Source of the DNA: Octopus vulgaris
Taxonomy: Eukaryota
Assembly: GCA_951406725.2 (NCBI GenBank)
Contig: OX597815.1
Span: forward strand, 69,874,001 to 69,938,000
Direction: 5' to 3'
Length of the DNA stretch: 64,000 nt
Shown here: piece after piece, positions 20,346-34,454 of the stretch
Position numbering within the stretch: position 1 is the first letter of the stretch
How the letters are laid out: each line of letters begins with the position of its first letter
Position numbers and translations under genes: made by a program
Notes under the pieces: generated by a model
Told to the model about the DNA's origin: nothing
Database searches by the model: none
Seen by the model: the letters and a program-made list of their open reading frames with translations, nothing else

Positions 20346-20497
20346 ATCATCATTATTGGGAGTTGAATTTGTTTAATTTTTAATTGTTATTTATATTTAC
20401 ACGCTCTAAAACCCTTTGTATCGACCTAATTTTGTCTTTTATGTTGTATGTCATTCAATGCGTTTGTATGTGAGGCCTTGTGGTTAATAAAAAATAA

Positions 20498-20632
<135 letters not shown>

Positions 20633-21814
20633 TAAGACGTCACACACTATCCAATATCGTGATGTTGTTGATTGAAGACATTGTGTCTACTGGGGGGGGG
20701 GGGTTTAATGTCTGTCAAAGGGTATTTCTAAAGTTTCCAGATGTTTCTTCAGCTTCGGTGGTATTGACCCGATGACAAAAGGGATAACCTTTATGTTTGA
20801 TTCTCCCGCCACATCTTGGCGATCTCAATTCTCGGGTTTCCATATCTATCAGTCTTTTCTCTTTCTTTCATGATAATATGTTGATCTCCTGGCATTGTCA
20901 CGTCAGTTATTAGGCACTCTTGTTTGTCCCTCCTACATGTTACAATATCGGCCTTCGGTGCTCTAACATCTTGTCTGTTTGGAAGTCAAAGCCCCAGAGG
21001 ATTTTTGCCTTCCCTTTTTCGTCCATTACCTTTTCCGGTGTACGTTGGCACCAAGCACCGTTACCTCGTATCCATACTTCCAGCATAGTAGCAAGTGAAG
21101 GTTTGGAGCTACCTCGTAGTGTCTGCGCTAGTACTCTTTCTGAGCAAGACTTTTACAAGCACTAACAATGTGAGTCACGCTTTCGACCCTCTTCCCACAC
21201 ATTCTACAGTGGTCCTTTGTACTTCTGTGGTATATATCCCTTTTCACTGAGTTTGTATTCAATGCCTAATCCTGGGCTGCGAGGATTAGGCTTTCAGTAT
21301 TCTTTTTTAGGTCACCCTTGTTGAACCACTTCCATGATGCTTCCTGGTCTTTTAGGCTATTAGTTTCACGGTGGAATTGACCATGTTATTCGATGCGGAG
21401 TAGGGTTTCTTCTCTCGTTGGCTGTTCGTGATCGGAATTCATGAGCACTCTCAAGCCCATTTTTGGTAAATCCTGCATTAGCAGCATACTGTAGCAAGTT
21501 TTGTTTGGTGTTTACCAAATATTCTACCATGTTTCTTCTTTCACTCTTGATGTACTACCGTGCGCTAATCAGCCCACGTCCAGCTTTATCCCTCTTCATG
21601 TAGAACATCTATACATTCGCCTTAAGGTGGAGGGCACCATGCACTATCATTGTCTTTCGGGTAGTGCGTTCGAGTTGGTTAATCTCTGCTTGTGTCCATT
21701 TCAAGATGGGTGCACTATAACGGACTACAGCAACAGCCCATTTGTTGATGGCAGTCACAAAGTTCCTTGAGTTGAGTCTTGATTTGAGACGCTTCAAATA
21801 TGCAGTGATGACCT
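20633..21814 (-). mobile_element. Degenerate R4/Dong-clade non-LTR retrotransposon, 3' part (post-RT region, CCHC, restriction-like endonuclease)
   Basis: Minus-strand translation LNSRNFVTAINKWAVAVVRYSA...HGALH, RGLIS, CRMCGKRVESVTHIVSACKSLAQKEY and KILWGFDFQTDKMLEHRRP. Several stops and frameshifts. Confidence 0.88.
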
Positions 21815-22517
21815 TATTATTATTATTGTTGTTGTTGTCGTTGTTGTCATTATTTCGAATCTATATCATATTTCTCCATTACTTCTGAGATCATCCAAAG
21901 AAAAAAGCAGAGAAAGAATCTGGGCATCTGGGATTACTGCATATGAAACTAAGAGAAAATAAAAACATTTTGAAGCGTTAAAAAATAGCTGTTAAAACTG
22001 TTCAGAGAAAAAGTTTCTAAGAAGGGCCGCCACAAGAAAGCTTGTGCTGCGCCTCCTCTTAGACTGTAAAGTGCCAGAGTTATCAAAAAACAAAAAACAA
22101 AAACAAAAAAAATACAACTGATATAACAGTAATTAAAGTGAAAGATCATTGCTTGAATAATTCTGATCATATATCTGCAGGAACAGGAAAGATTGGGGTG
22201 AAACAACACACTGGTTGCTTTAGTTCAACAGGTCGATTTGACATCTTCAAATTTATGGCGTCATCGTGGTCACAACATTGAGCTTTCATTCGTTTTAATT
22301 TTTATTCTGTGATAAATAGTTTCTGCGAAGACACAAAGACTGAGAAACAAGTTTAATATGTGATTAATCAACACGAAAATTTTGCTCCGCTACACACACA
22401 GACACACAGACACAAACAAACATACACATAACACACACACGCGCGCGCGCGCAAAAAAAAATTACATATAGGCGTACATACAATCATACCAACACCGAAA
22501 AGATATACATACATACA

Positions 22518-22571
<54 letters not shown>

Positions 22572-22590
22572 TATATATATATAAACATAC

Positions 22591-22647
<57 letters not shown>

Positions 22648-22651
22648 CAGA

Positions 22652-22685
<34 letters not shown>

Positions 22686-22755
22686 CATACATACATACAT
22701 ACATACATGCATGCATACATACATACATACATACATACATACATACATACATACA

Positions 22756-22788
<33 letters not shown>

Positions 22789-23186
22789 GAAAGATATACA
22801 TGTCTGCTTACATATATGCATATTTACATAAGCACAAAGAAATATATATATATATAATATATGTATATATATACAGATATGTATATATATATGTATGTAT
22901 GTGTATATAAATACTTTTATATATTTATATATGTATATTTACATACATAAATGTGTGTAAATGTAGAGTATCAGTAGATGTGTGTGTGTGTGCGTGTGTG
23001 TTTGTCTGAGTGTGTATAATGTATATGTTTGTTTCTAGATATAGGTATTGCTCCAGCCAGACCAATCATTAATCTGCTTTTACAGTTGGTGTATTTTTAC
23101 ATACATATATAAATACATACATACATACATATATTCATACACCACACATATACATATATACATACATACGCGCACACATGAATATT

Positions 23187-23243
<57 letters not shown>

Positions 23244-23340
23244 TATATATATATTTATACATGCATGCATATATACATACACACACGCATATATATGTAT
23301 ATATATATATATGCATATATACATGCATGCATATATACAT

Positions 23341-23468
<128 letters not shown>

Positions 23469-23856
23469 GCGAAAACTAATTTCTGTGTACCAGTGTGTCA
23501 CGTTTAGACCCATTCTTTCACTAGTCAATGACACTCCTACTATTCCTCATGATGGGGTGAGAGTAATAATTGGCATAGAGACAGTGAGGGTGGTGGCGAA
23601 GACAGACATTCAGAGAAAGAAAAAGAGAGCGAGAGAAAAAGAGACAAAGAAATGTAGGGAGCGTTAATAATATTTTATTAAAAGTAGTAGTGCTGATGGT
23701 GGCAGTGGGAGTAATAATATAAGAGAGAAAGAGTGGGTATGCGAGAGAAAGTGGGAGATGATGTACAACTTTGTGTAACCATGTCTCATTGACAGAAATT
23801 CCTGTCGCCAACATAACGAACACTAACATTTTTGTTTTATTTTTGCTTTCTTTAAT

Positions 23857-23980
<124 letters not shown>

Positions 23981-24031
23981 AATAAAATATATGCATACAT
24001 ACATACATATATGTACGTACCTACATCTACA

Positions 24032-24097
<66 letters not shown>

Positions 24098-24101
<4 letters not shown>

Positions 24102-24668
24102 TACAGGACACCACAAATAGACGTAGAACTCAACGAGAAACGAAAACATAAAAACAAACATGGAAACGGACTTTTTTAACAACGAAAAAACAGAGTACAA
24201 GACAAACAATACAAGGAATATTCACCTTTATCAGCTGTCCCTGGTTCGACTCAATGCGTGTTTCGAAGGTAAGGACAGAACACGACCCACCGAACTAATC
24301 CTTCCTGCAAAAGAATTAAATAAAATTAAATAAAAAGGTGGTAGCCGAGGCGGTCAGGGATGACGGTGAGAGTAAGTGATGTGAAAGACAGTGGTGATGA
24401 TGTCGGTGGAAGGGAAGGCGGCGAAGTCAAAGGTATTGATGGTGGTGGTGTCAGAACTGAGAATAGTGTGTGTTTGGCAGATGTGGTGCCTATGGTGGTG
24501 GTACTGTTTTTTATCCTACAGCTTTGCGATGAGTTCCAAGTCGACAAATTATATCGTTGTTTTAATGAAAATTGTTCATTACTTGAAAAATATTGTTCAA
24601 GTCTGATAAAATTTAATATGTACTCGATGCATGAAGTGTCATTGTTGGTCCCAGGGCCTAGAAAGGAG
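24098..24668. repeat. Unclassified insertion flanked by (TA)n, possibly Penelope-associated
   Basis: A complex-sequence island between (TA)n tracts with an A-rich left end like the elements at 31.1 and 45.5 kb. No intact ribozyme core or protein motif found. Confidence 0.35.
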
Positions 24669-24705
24669 CCCTCCACAGGAACTGGTATATATATGTGTTC
24701 ATGTG

Positions 24706-24747
<42 letters not shown>

Positions 24748-24759
24748 CATATGTATATA

Positions 24760-25969
24760 CAGGGGGTGGAAAAATTAATGGAAACACCTAGCATCATAGC
24801 ATCATAATTTTGAAATATCTATAAAACCGTCAAAAGCTTGTTTATTTTGGGTTTTTTAAATTTATTATTAGTGTTCCATAATATGTTTTGCTAATATTGC
24901 TGTTTCTTTTCAGATATCATCAGAGAAAGGTAATTGAGATTCATTAAAATGTCAGATCTATCAGACTTTCAAAGATGTCAAATTGTTGGTGCTCGTATGA
25001 CAGGCTCTAGCATAACGAAAACAGCCGAAATGTTTGGTGTGTCAAGTAGTCTCGAAAGTAATGACAGCCTTTGAGAAAGAGGGGGAAACCTCCTCGTTAA
25101 AACAAAACTCCGGAAGAAAATCAAAACTTTCAGATAGGGACCGTCGGATTCTTACGCGATTGTTAGAGAGGATCACAAAAGTACAGCTCCCAAAACTACT
25201 GCAGAGCTTAATGACCACCTCGAGAACCCAGTTTCGACAAAAACTGTTTACCGGGAGCTGCACAAAGCCGGATTTCACGGGAGGGCTGCAATCAGAAAAC
25301 CACTACTTTCAAAAACAAAGTGGAGTAAAATCCCAACAGAATTAGTCCCTAGAGCAGTGGAAGAATGTTATTTTCTCAGACGAGTTATCATTTACCTTAT
25401 TTCCGACCAAAAGAAGCATTTTATCCAAAAGAAACATTTTATCCAGACTGCCTTCTTCCAACTGTTAAACATGAAGGAGGATCTGTGATGATCAGAGCAA
25501 AGGGCTATATCTTGGAAATCCGCCGGCCCAATGGTTTCTCTTCGTGACAGAATTAATAGTCAAGACTATTTAAGCATTTTATCTGAGCAAATTCATCCTA
25601 TGGTTGCGGAACTGTTTCCGGAGGTAAACGCAATCTTTCAGGATGACAATGCACCAATTCACACAGCTGAAGTTGTTACTGAATGGCATGAGGAACATTC
25701 TAATGAAATTGAACAGCTTATCTGGCTACCACAGTCCCCAGATCTCAATATTATTGAAGATTTATGGTGCATTTTAGAAAAACAAGTAAGGAGTCGATAT
25801 CCTCCACCATCATCACTACAAGAATTGGAGACTGTTTTAGCTGAAGAATGGACAAAAATTCCTTCGGAAACAATTCAAACTTTTACGAGTCCATACTTTG
25901 GTCCTACCCCATATTAAAATTAATTTGTTTGAAATTTTAAGCTGTTTCCATTATTTTGTCCAATCTCTG
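24760..25969 (+). mobile_element. Tc1-like DNA transposon, DD36E type, full length with disrupted transposase
   Basis: TA on both sides. 27-bp TIRs CAGGGGGTGGAAAAATTAATGGAAACA / CAGAGATTGGACAAAATAATGGAAACA (22/27 identical). Transposase starts ~24949 (MSDLSDFQRCQIVGAR) with motifs VIFSDE, FQDDNAPIH and SPDLNIIE. There are 36 residues between the second catalytic D and the E. Confidence 0.95.
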
Positions 25970-26393
25970 TACATACACACTCACTTACTTACTTGCATAC
26001 ATGCATACATATATAATGGTGTAAGTGCACGTGTGTATAATTAATGAAAATATATAATTGCACGCACATACGCACATATACGCGCACAACAACATGTAGG
26101 CGTGCAAATCCACGTGCATACACATATACTAACGCGTATATACATACACGCAAGCGCATATCATAAGAGATAGATGGGAAAATAGATTTTGTGAGTGTGA
26201 ATTAGTAATAGATTGTGCGAATTAGTATGTGTGTGTCTGTATGTGTGTATGTATGTGTGTGTTTGTGCGTGTGACACGTTGCCTAGCTGTCTAATTTGGT
26301 GCACACATATACACACATACACACGCACACACATACACACACGCACACACGCACACACATGAAATATATAAGCGTCTGTATGTATATAAATGT

Positions 26394-26424
<31 letters not shown>

Positions 26425-27004
26425 CATACATACATACATACATACATACATACATACATACATACATACATACATACATACATAAATACATGCATGTATG
26501 CATGCATACATACATACATGCATACGTACATATATAGATGTTTGTTTATAAGTATATATATATATACACATACGCACATCTACATACATACATATGTATA
26601 TGTGTGTGTAAGTATGTATATTTGTAGATATATATATATGGGAACGTGTGTGTATGTATGCTGGTGTGTGTGTGTGTGTAACATTAGATACAGTCATGAA
26701 GTATGTGTCACAATCCCACAGGTTTACAGTTGGGATAAAATCTATCACAAAAGGACTCCAAAATGAAATAATGGAGCGAGTAGATTAACGATGTAAGTCT
26801 ACAATGATGAATATATAGCAGAATTTAACATCTGGAAAAATAAATCATGCATTATAAATATGTATAGCGAATAATTAATGCCTATAATATATATATGTGT
26901 GTGTGTGTGTGTGCGCGCGTGTGTTTGTGCGTATGTGTATGTGTGAAATAGATAGAGTCAGACAGATAGATAGATAGGTATACATGTGCGTGTGAGTTGT
27001 GTGT

Positions 27005-27074
<70 letters not shown>

Positions 27075-27248
27075 GTGAGAGAAAAACATGAAACATGACT
27101 TTGATATTCCTTTATTTCATCCGTTACATATGTTTCTGTGTTTGATTATTGATGTTGTCATACAAATGTAATTATTTACGGGGAGCATTTAATTATGCTG
27201 AAGTCGTCTTAAGGCGGGATTGAAATACAAATGATAAACGTGCAAGCA

Positions 27249-27570
27249 TCTTATATATAAATGGCAATTTCTCTCTGTCTGTTACCATCTTGGTGCCCAA
27301 ACCAGGAAACTAATCCTCACCAAACTTTGTATACATGCCGAACTAACGTCCAGTTCAACTATGGGCTAATTGGATTTTGATAAAAATCGAGAATGAACCG
27401 ACTACGGGGGTTGGGCTATTACATGATAAAGTGAGAAGAGGGCAAAAATATTTGGCTTAGGAAAATGTGGCATAATGAGGCTGGCTGATATCATCCAAGG
27501 GAAGGGGAAAAGAAGAGATAAACACGCAGGGAATGTGAAAGAGAGACAGGGAGAACAATAGACAGAGACG
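27249..27570 (+). mobile_element. Putative non-autonomous Helitron 5' portion
   Basis: A|TCTTATATATAAATGG...TCTGTCTGT...CCCAAACC...TCACCAAACTTTG resembles the TCTATATATATAAA 5' ends of animal non-autonomous Helitrons. No 3' hairpin-CTAG located. Confidence 0.5.
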
Positions 27571-27573
27571 TCG

Positions 27574-27604
27574 TCCATATATATAAAAGAGGAGTTTGAG
27601 TGTA

Positions 27605-27646
<42 letters not shown>

Positions 27647-28149
27647 CGTGCGTGTGCTTGTGTGTGTGGTTGTGTGTGTGTGCGTGTGCGCGCGCGCGTG
27701 TCTTCTTTATGCTTTCCAAAACTGAGTTGCCGATTTTGACATATGGGGTATCAAAAGATTCAGCAATCTTACGACTAGCAAATAAACTTTATTTTCATTT
27801 ACATATTTGTATTACAAAAATTTTACATTATAATCTTTTCTATAAGTCAACTATCGTAAACCTTTTATACCACGACGACAACGACGACGACATTACATTT
27901 TCCATATGAGTGTGTACCTTAAAATAAAATCCATTTCCCTATATGTTATAACGAAATACAGTCACTCATTCTCTCTCACAAATGCACTCGCACATGCACA
28001 CATATATACCCAAAAAATGTACGCATATGTATATAAAAGATTATGTGTATATGAAAGATGTGTGTATGTGTGTGAAACAGAGAGAGAGAGAGAGCCCGAG
28101 TGAGTGCTACTTACACATATATGACAACATACACCTTCACTCACTCACT

Positions 28150-28187
<38 letters not shown>

Positions 28188-29015
28188 GCATACGCATTCC
28201 ACACACGTCCATTTTATATACACGTACATACATCTTTCATTTTCTCCTCTTTTTCACTTTCTGCTCTCACTTCAAAGCAAATATCGTCTTTTCACTTTCT
28301 CTTCTCTTTCAATTTCTGCTCTCTTGAAAGCATAAAGAAATATAAAAAAATTATGGAAATTCACGAACACATTCGAAAACTGAGTTTCCGATTTTGACGT
28401 ATGGGGTATCAAAAGATTCAGTAATCTTTCGGCTAACAAATAAACTTTATTTTAATTTACATATTTGCAAAAATTTAACATTGTAACTGTCCTATAATTC
28501 AGTTATCCTAAACCACATTTTATACCACGACGACGACGATGTTACATTTTCTATAAGAGTGTGTACCTTAAAAGACATTCATTTCTCCATGTGTTATACA
28601 ATCACTCATTCTTTCTCTCACATGTACTAGCACACATACATACAAAAAAGATGTATGCATAGGTATTGATGTACGTGTATAGGAAAGAGAGTGTGCGTGT
28701 GTGTATGTATGTGTGGGTAAGAGAGAGAGCGAGTGAGTGCCACTTACACATACATGACAAAACACACCTTCACTCTCTCTCTCACGCGCACACACACACA
28801 CGTACACATACACACATGTACACACATATACATACGTACATACGTCTTTCATTTTCTCTTTCAATTTCTGCTCTCTTAAAAGTATAAGGAAACTTTAAAA
28901 AAGAATTAGAGAAATTAACGAACAACCATATGATCCCATATGATTGACCTTATGATTGAGTTAGCAACTTTCCTGCTTCAAACGAAAGAATGCCATAAAA
29001 TTACTTCCTTTAGCG
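27574..29015 (+). mobile_element. Putative non-autonomous Helitron containing an internal tandem duplication
   Basis: Begins TCCATATATATAAAAGAGGAG plus (TG)n. Two diverged direct units at ~27715-28370 and ~28372-28925 each start AAAACTGAGTT.CCGATTTTGAC.TATGGGGTATCAAAAGATTCAG and end GAAATT.ACGAACA. Confidence 0.6.
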
Positions 29016-29069
29016 CGCGCGCACACACACACACACACACGCACGCACGCACACACACACGCACGCACG

Positions 29070-29114
<45 letters not shown>

Positions 29115-29309
29115 TGTAAAAGTTATGTATGAATTATGTTATTTCTTGCTAATTGCACGCGCAAAATTACAGATGAATCCAGCTGAAATCATCTTTTTCT
29201 ACAAAAAGAAGTTCTCCCAGAAATCTTGTCCTTTACCTGTTGTTTCTAGCATATCCGAGGTGTCATTTGCGCCCCCTCCCTGATTTCTTTCCTAAATTTC
29301 TTCCAATTC

Positions 29310-29950
29310 CTATGTTTGCCCCCAAAACACGTTCCCGATATTTTAATTTTCTCCCTCCTCATCCCAATTTCTTCATTTTTTAAAACTTTCTTCGAATTTT
29401 TTTCTTGCTAATTCACGAAGAAAAAACGGAAAGTACGAATCTTTGAGAATTTTCTTCTTTTTTCTTAAAGAAACACTAAAATCTCCTTCCCAAACATCTA
29501 CCTTTCACCTCACCACTTTCAAAAAGCTACAAACTCCCAATGTTTCCCTTTAGCTTTTTGGAAAGCGGGAAGTTTCTTCAGAAATAATGTCATTTACCTG
29601 TTGTTTCTAGCATGTCGGGTTTACTGGTGGTACCCTAATATTTTTTTACTTCTGCTATTTCAGTAGAATTCTATGCATGCGTGAAACATCAGACGAAAAT
29701 AAAACATAGAGTGTTTTTAGCTTCTTGAAATCTGGTAGGTGATGGGTGGTTGAGGTGGGGAAGGGGTATTGAGTGTTTCTTCAAGAAAAATTAAACTTTA
29801 AAAATATATATATATTTCCCAGATTCGTAATCTCTGTATTTTTCTACATGGATAAAAACAAATCGTAAAAAAGTCACAAATTAAGAAATTGCGGTGGAGA
29901 CGAGGAGAAACTAAAATTTTGAAAATGTGATTTCTGGGTAAAATCATATT
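29310..29950. repeat. Old inverted repeat, ~240-bp arms with ~155-bp spacer (foldback/MITE-like)
   Basis: Left motifs TTTCTCC..CAATTTCTT, TACGAATCT, TTTTCTTAAAGAAACACT and TTTCAAAAAGCTA occur in reverse complement and reverse order at 29700-29950. Confidence 0.7.
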
Positions 29951-30399
29951 AACCCCCTTTTATTACGATTATCTAATTATCTGCTTCTCAATTAACGTGT
30001 AACAGGCTGAGTTTTCACAGACGCGTATGCAACAAACGTTGTTAGCAGGTAGAATCAGTGAGACAAAATTATGACAAGTGTGTGTGACAAGGTTGTGCAT
30101 TTCGAATTCCAGATACAATCCAAATGACAAGTTTCTTTACAGTTTCCATCTACTCAATGTCAGTGACAAGTTAAAATGCCGCTCAGTAGTATTTGGGCAC
30201 TTCTTAGCCCTCCACCTGTCCTGTGAATTACAGGTGACACACAGGACATATTACCGTGACGTCCTTGCATTATATATGATACATCTTCTCGTGTTCTATT
30301 TTTTTTTATTTCAACCGCTAGAGTAACTTGGCACTTATGAAAGGAAAGTTTTCTATTACTCAGAATATATGAAACAAGGGTTAATGTGTGTGTGCATAT

Positions 30400-30443
<44 letters not shown>

Positions 30444-30778
30444 ACGTACATAAATAACTACATACATACATATATATATATACATATATGTCTAGACCAT
30501 TCTAGATGTGCAACTATATTCATGAAAATACACACATAAAACAAAACATACAAATATGCACATATGCATACATACATACATACATACATACATAATACAT
30601 ACATGCCATGTTGATGTTGAAATTCCGATGAAGAAGCCTTGGATCTAGGTTAGAAACCGGCTCCTTCTCTCTTGGCAAGAAACCTTGAAATAAAACTGAA
30701 TAACGACATACATACATGCATACATGCATACTTACATACATACGTACATACATACATACTTACATACATACATATAGG

Positions 30779-30818
<40 letters not shown>

Positions 30819-30822
<4 letters not shown>

Positions 30823-31016
30823 ATTTGTTTCAATCATTTGACTGCAGCCATGCTGGAGCACCGCCTTTAGTCGAACAAATCGGCCCCAGGACTTATTCGT
30901 TGTAAGCCTAGTACTTATTCTATCGGTCTCTTTTGCTGAACCGCTAAGTTACGGGGACATAAACACACAAGCATCAGTTGTCGAGCGATGTTGGGGGGAC
31001 AAACACAGACACACAA

Positions 31017-31086
<70 letters not shown>

Positions 31087-31666
31087 CGGGAAGCTTTATG
31101 AAAATAGACAAAAGACGAAGGCAGGTGGAAAACAAACAAACAATTGTATTAGTATGGCGCTCAGGAAATATAAATAAAACAAGTCTTTAACGTTTCGAGC
31201 CTACGCTCTTCAACAGAAAGATACACAGAGAGAAAAAAAACAGAAAGAAGGAGAGAAAAAAATGCGTGCAGTAACTAACGAATCAACATGGCGATCTGAT
31301 TTCGGCCAGAAGTCAAAGATCAAACATGAGACGCGAGAGCGAAATTAGGGGAGATAATAGGGTTGAGTGACCAGCTCCAACATATGGGTGTGTGTGTGTG
31401 TGTGTGTATGAGAGAGTATTAGTGCGTATGAGAGGTCTGGACGTGTGTATGTATATATTGGTGTATGTATTAGTATGTATATAGTATGTATATAGTGTGT
31501 GTGTGTGTGTATAGACAGGCTTCTTTCAGTTTCCGTCTACCAAATCCACTCACAATGCTTTGGTCAGCCCGAGGCTATAGTAGAAGACACTTGCCCAAGG
31601 TGCCACGCAGTGAGACTGAACCCAGAACTATGTGGTTGGTAAACAAGCTACTTACCACACAGCCAC
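30819..31666 (-). mobile_element. SINE family A interrupted within its internal microsatellite
   Basis: The 3' half (30819-31020) and 5' half (31515-31666; reverse complement GTGGCTGTGTGGTAAGTAGCTTG...GGTTCAGTCTC) are separated by microsatellite plus a foreign ~300-bp insert. Confidence 0.9.
31086..31385 (-). mobile_element. Penelope-like pLTR fragment with minimal hammerhead motif (31184-31221)
   Basis: Reverse complement TCTTT CTGTTGA A GAGC-GTAG-GCTC GAA ACGT T AAAGA, followed by TTCCTGAGCG as in the 45.5-kb copy. Confidence 0.7.
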
Positions 31667-32149
31667 ACACACACATACATACGCAGATACGTATATACGT
31701 GCATTCATATACAAGCAAACATCTACTTAGAAACAGTAAGACACACACAGTTATACTGTGGTGCATCATGCCCGCCAAATAATCGATTAGTTTAGAGCTC
31801 AATCATTCATATAACACAGCAACAACTACGTCAGTAATTGGATTGCAATCATGTATATACATACATGCATTGATACATATATGCATGCGTTCATAAACAT
31901 ACACATACATATATGTATATATGCATGTATATACATAATCAATTGTTTATAGGGAGTCATATATACACAAAGCAAAATTACCGCAGAAAAGAGAAAGAAA
32001 ATAATGTATGTTTATGTGTGTCTGTGCGTATATGTTTGTATGCATGTATGTTTGTACGTGTGCATATGTATGTACTTGGCTCTGTGACCTATGACTGATA
32101 TACTCAATGTGCAACGTGAACGACAAACCTCCATATGTATCTGTATGCG

Positions 32150-32207
<58 letters not shown>

Positions 32208-32226
32208 TAGATAGATAGATAGATAC

Positions 32227-32257
<31 letters not shown>

Positions 32258-32313
32258 CATATATATATATATATATGTATACATATACACATATATATAC
32301 ATATATATACATG

Positions 32314-32345
<32 letters not shown>

Positions 32346-32363
32346 TACACATACATACATACA

Positions 32364-32394
<31 letters not shown>

Positions 32395-32407
32395 CTATGT
32401 ATGTATG

Positions 32408-32439
<32 letters not shown>

Positions 32440-32447
32440 TATGTATG

Positions 32448-32479
<32 letters not shown>

Positions 32480-32692
32480 TGCATGCACGCATACAGATGT
32501 GACATTAGCTAATGATGAAAATTGTTTTAATTAACACTTTTACTCTAAAGATACTCGCTGTATTGTTTCAAACACGCACCATGAATACCTTCTATATGGG
32601 TAAATAATAAAGATTACGTTACTTCTTCACCACTGTTATTGTCTACATGTAGTCGTACATTAAATATTTGCATGTCAACGGCCATTTTGTAA

Positions 32693-32753
<61 letters not shown>

Positions 32754-32849
32754 GTTGCAGTTGTGAATCTTTATTTAAGTGCATGTATATATAAATAGAT
32801 ATGTGTGCATGTATTAACATAGTTCTATGTGTTTGTGTATATGTATGTT

Positions 32850-32887
<38 letters not shown>

Positions 32888-33917
32888 ATATCATCTGGGT
32901 ACCTGCGTAATGTGTTTTACAAAGCTCCTTCACGAGTATCGGGTACCATTTGCTATCATAAAGCAGGAATTCGTCTTTTACTGAATATACTTGTGGAAAT
33001 CCGCAAATTTCCGCCGAATTCATACAAAAAAATTATGATATAAGTAGATGGAACGAAAATGTTTTAAACCAAACCACAACAATTGTTTTTGTAACTAGAT
33101 TTCTTTATTGGCGACGCCGGGCTAAACACAGAAGAGACAACAACTGATATAGCCAAGCGTTTCACGTATTATACATATTATTGCATTAACTAGCTGGACT
33201 CATGAATATTTCACGGAATTCAAGGTAAACTTAATGAGCTATTTCTGAAACCTTTATCCAGAAAATCTGGAAGCGTAGCCTGTGTTGTCTCTAAATCAAA
33301 AGATATTCGTTCATCTTCTAATCATTGAAAAGTGAAGGAAATTGGAATACGATGATTACTTAATGTCCTTTATATATACACTTTATATATTTTATGCACA
33401 ATTTTATAGACTTAATAAACAACACTTTCCTTCTTTCTCTCTCTATCTTCGCCTTACTCTCTTTTTCTCTCTTCTTTTTCTTTCGTTCTTCGCCTTTCCC
33501 TTCAGCTAATCACTTGAAAGCGTTACAGACTGGCTAAGTAACGAAGGAAAAACCTATTTGAAGAAAAATTACACACTTCACTCAAAACCACCTTTCCTTC
33601 CCCTCCTCTCACAATCCCTCTCCCTCTCCCCCTCCCCTCCCCTCCCATCCCACTCCCCATTCTTCCCTGTCCCCCCTTCAACTAATTACGTGGAAGCATT
33701 ACGGACGGTCTAAGTAACGGAGTGACAAGCAGAATTATTATACGATATGATCCGACAATGAGTGTGAACCTGCACGTCTTCAGGTGAGTGGGTTTGAGAG
33801 CACTGCCGGTTCACTTATAGTATTCCATTGTTTTATACACATATTCTATTTTATTTATGCTCGTATATTTTGTGTGTCAAGCCCAAGCGTGTTTACTTGC
33901 ATCATTATATCCATACC

Positions 33918-33948
<31 letters not shown>

Positions 33949-34454
33949 CCTCCCTCACTATATATATATATGCATACGTATATATGTTGGTATGTGTATG
34001 TATGCGTGTGTGTGTGTATGTGTATGTGTTTGTGTGTGTGTGAGTGAGTGAGTGTGGATTTTAGCTGCAGACATGAGTGTGTGTGTATTATATCTTTCTC
34101 CTTACGTCCAGAATTGTATCTGATTCTGCCCACACTCTCTCTGTGTAATGAGATGTAGAAATATATCTAAACAACTGCTGGTGCTGGTTTGGTTGCGTAA
34201 TTAAGAAATTCCTTACACGGCCACGTGGTTTCGTGTTCGATTCTACTGCGCGGTACTTTTAAGTAAATGTCCTCCACTGTAACTTTGTGTCTGTCAAAGA
34301 GTTGTGAAGAAAATGGAATCGTTAGTGCAATTATTTCTCCTGGAATGATGGTCTGCAGAGAATTGAGAAAGTGGGTGTAGATATACAAATCGCCATGTTT
34401 ACTGAAATTAAGATTGTGCAAACTTTTCTTAAATTTATGTAACCCAATGGAAGA

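Noticed and set aside
24200-24300. Possible hammerhead on the minus strand (CGAAAC...GTC and CTGATAA)
   Set aside because: The core and stems cannot be assembled in a consistent order.
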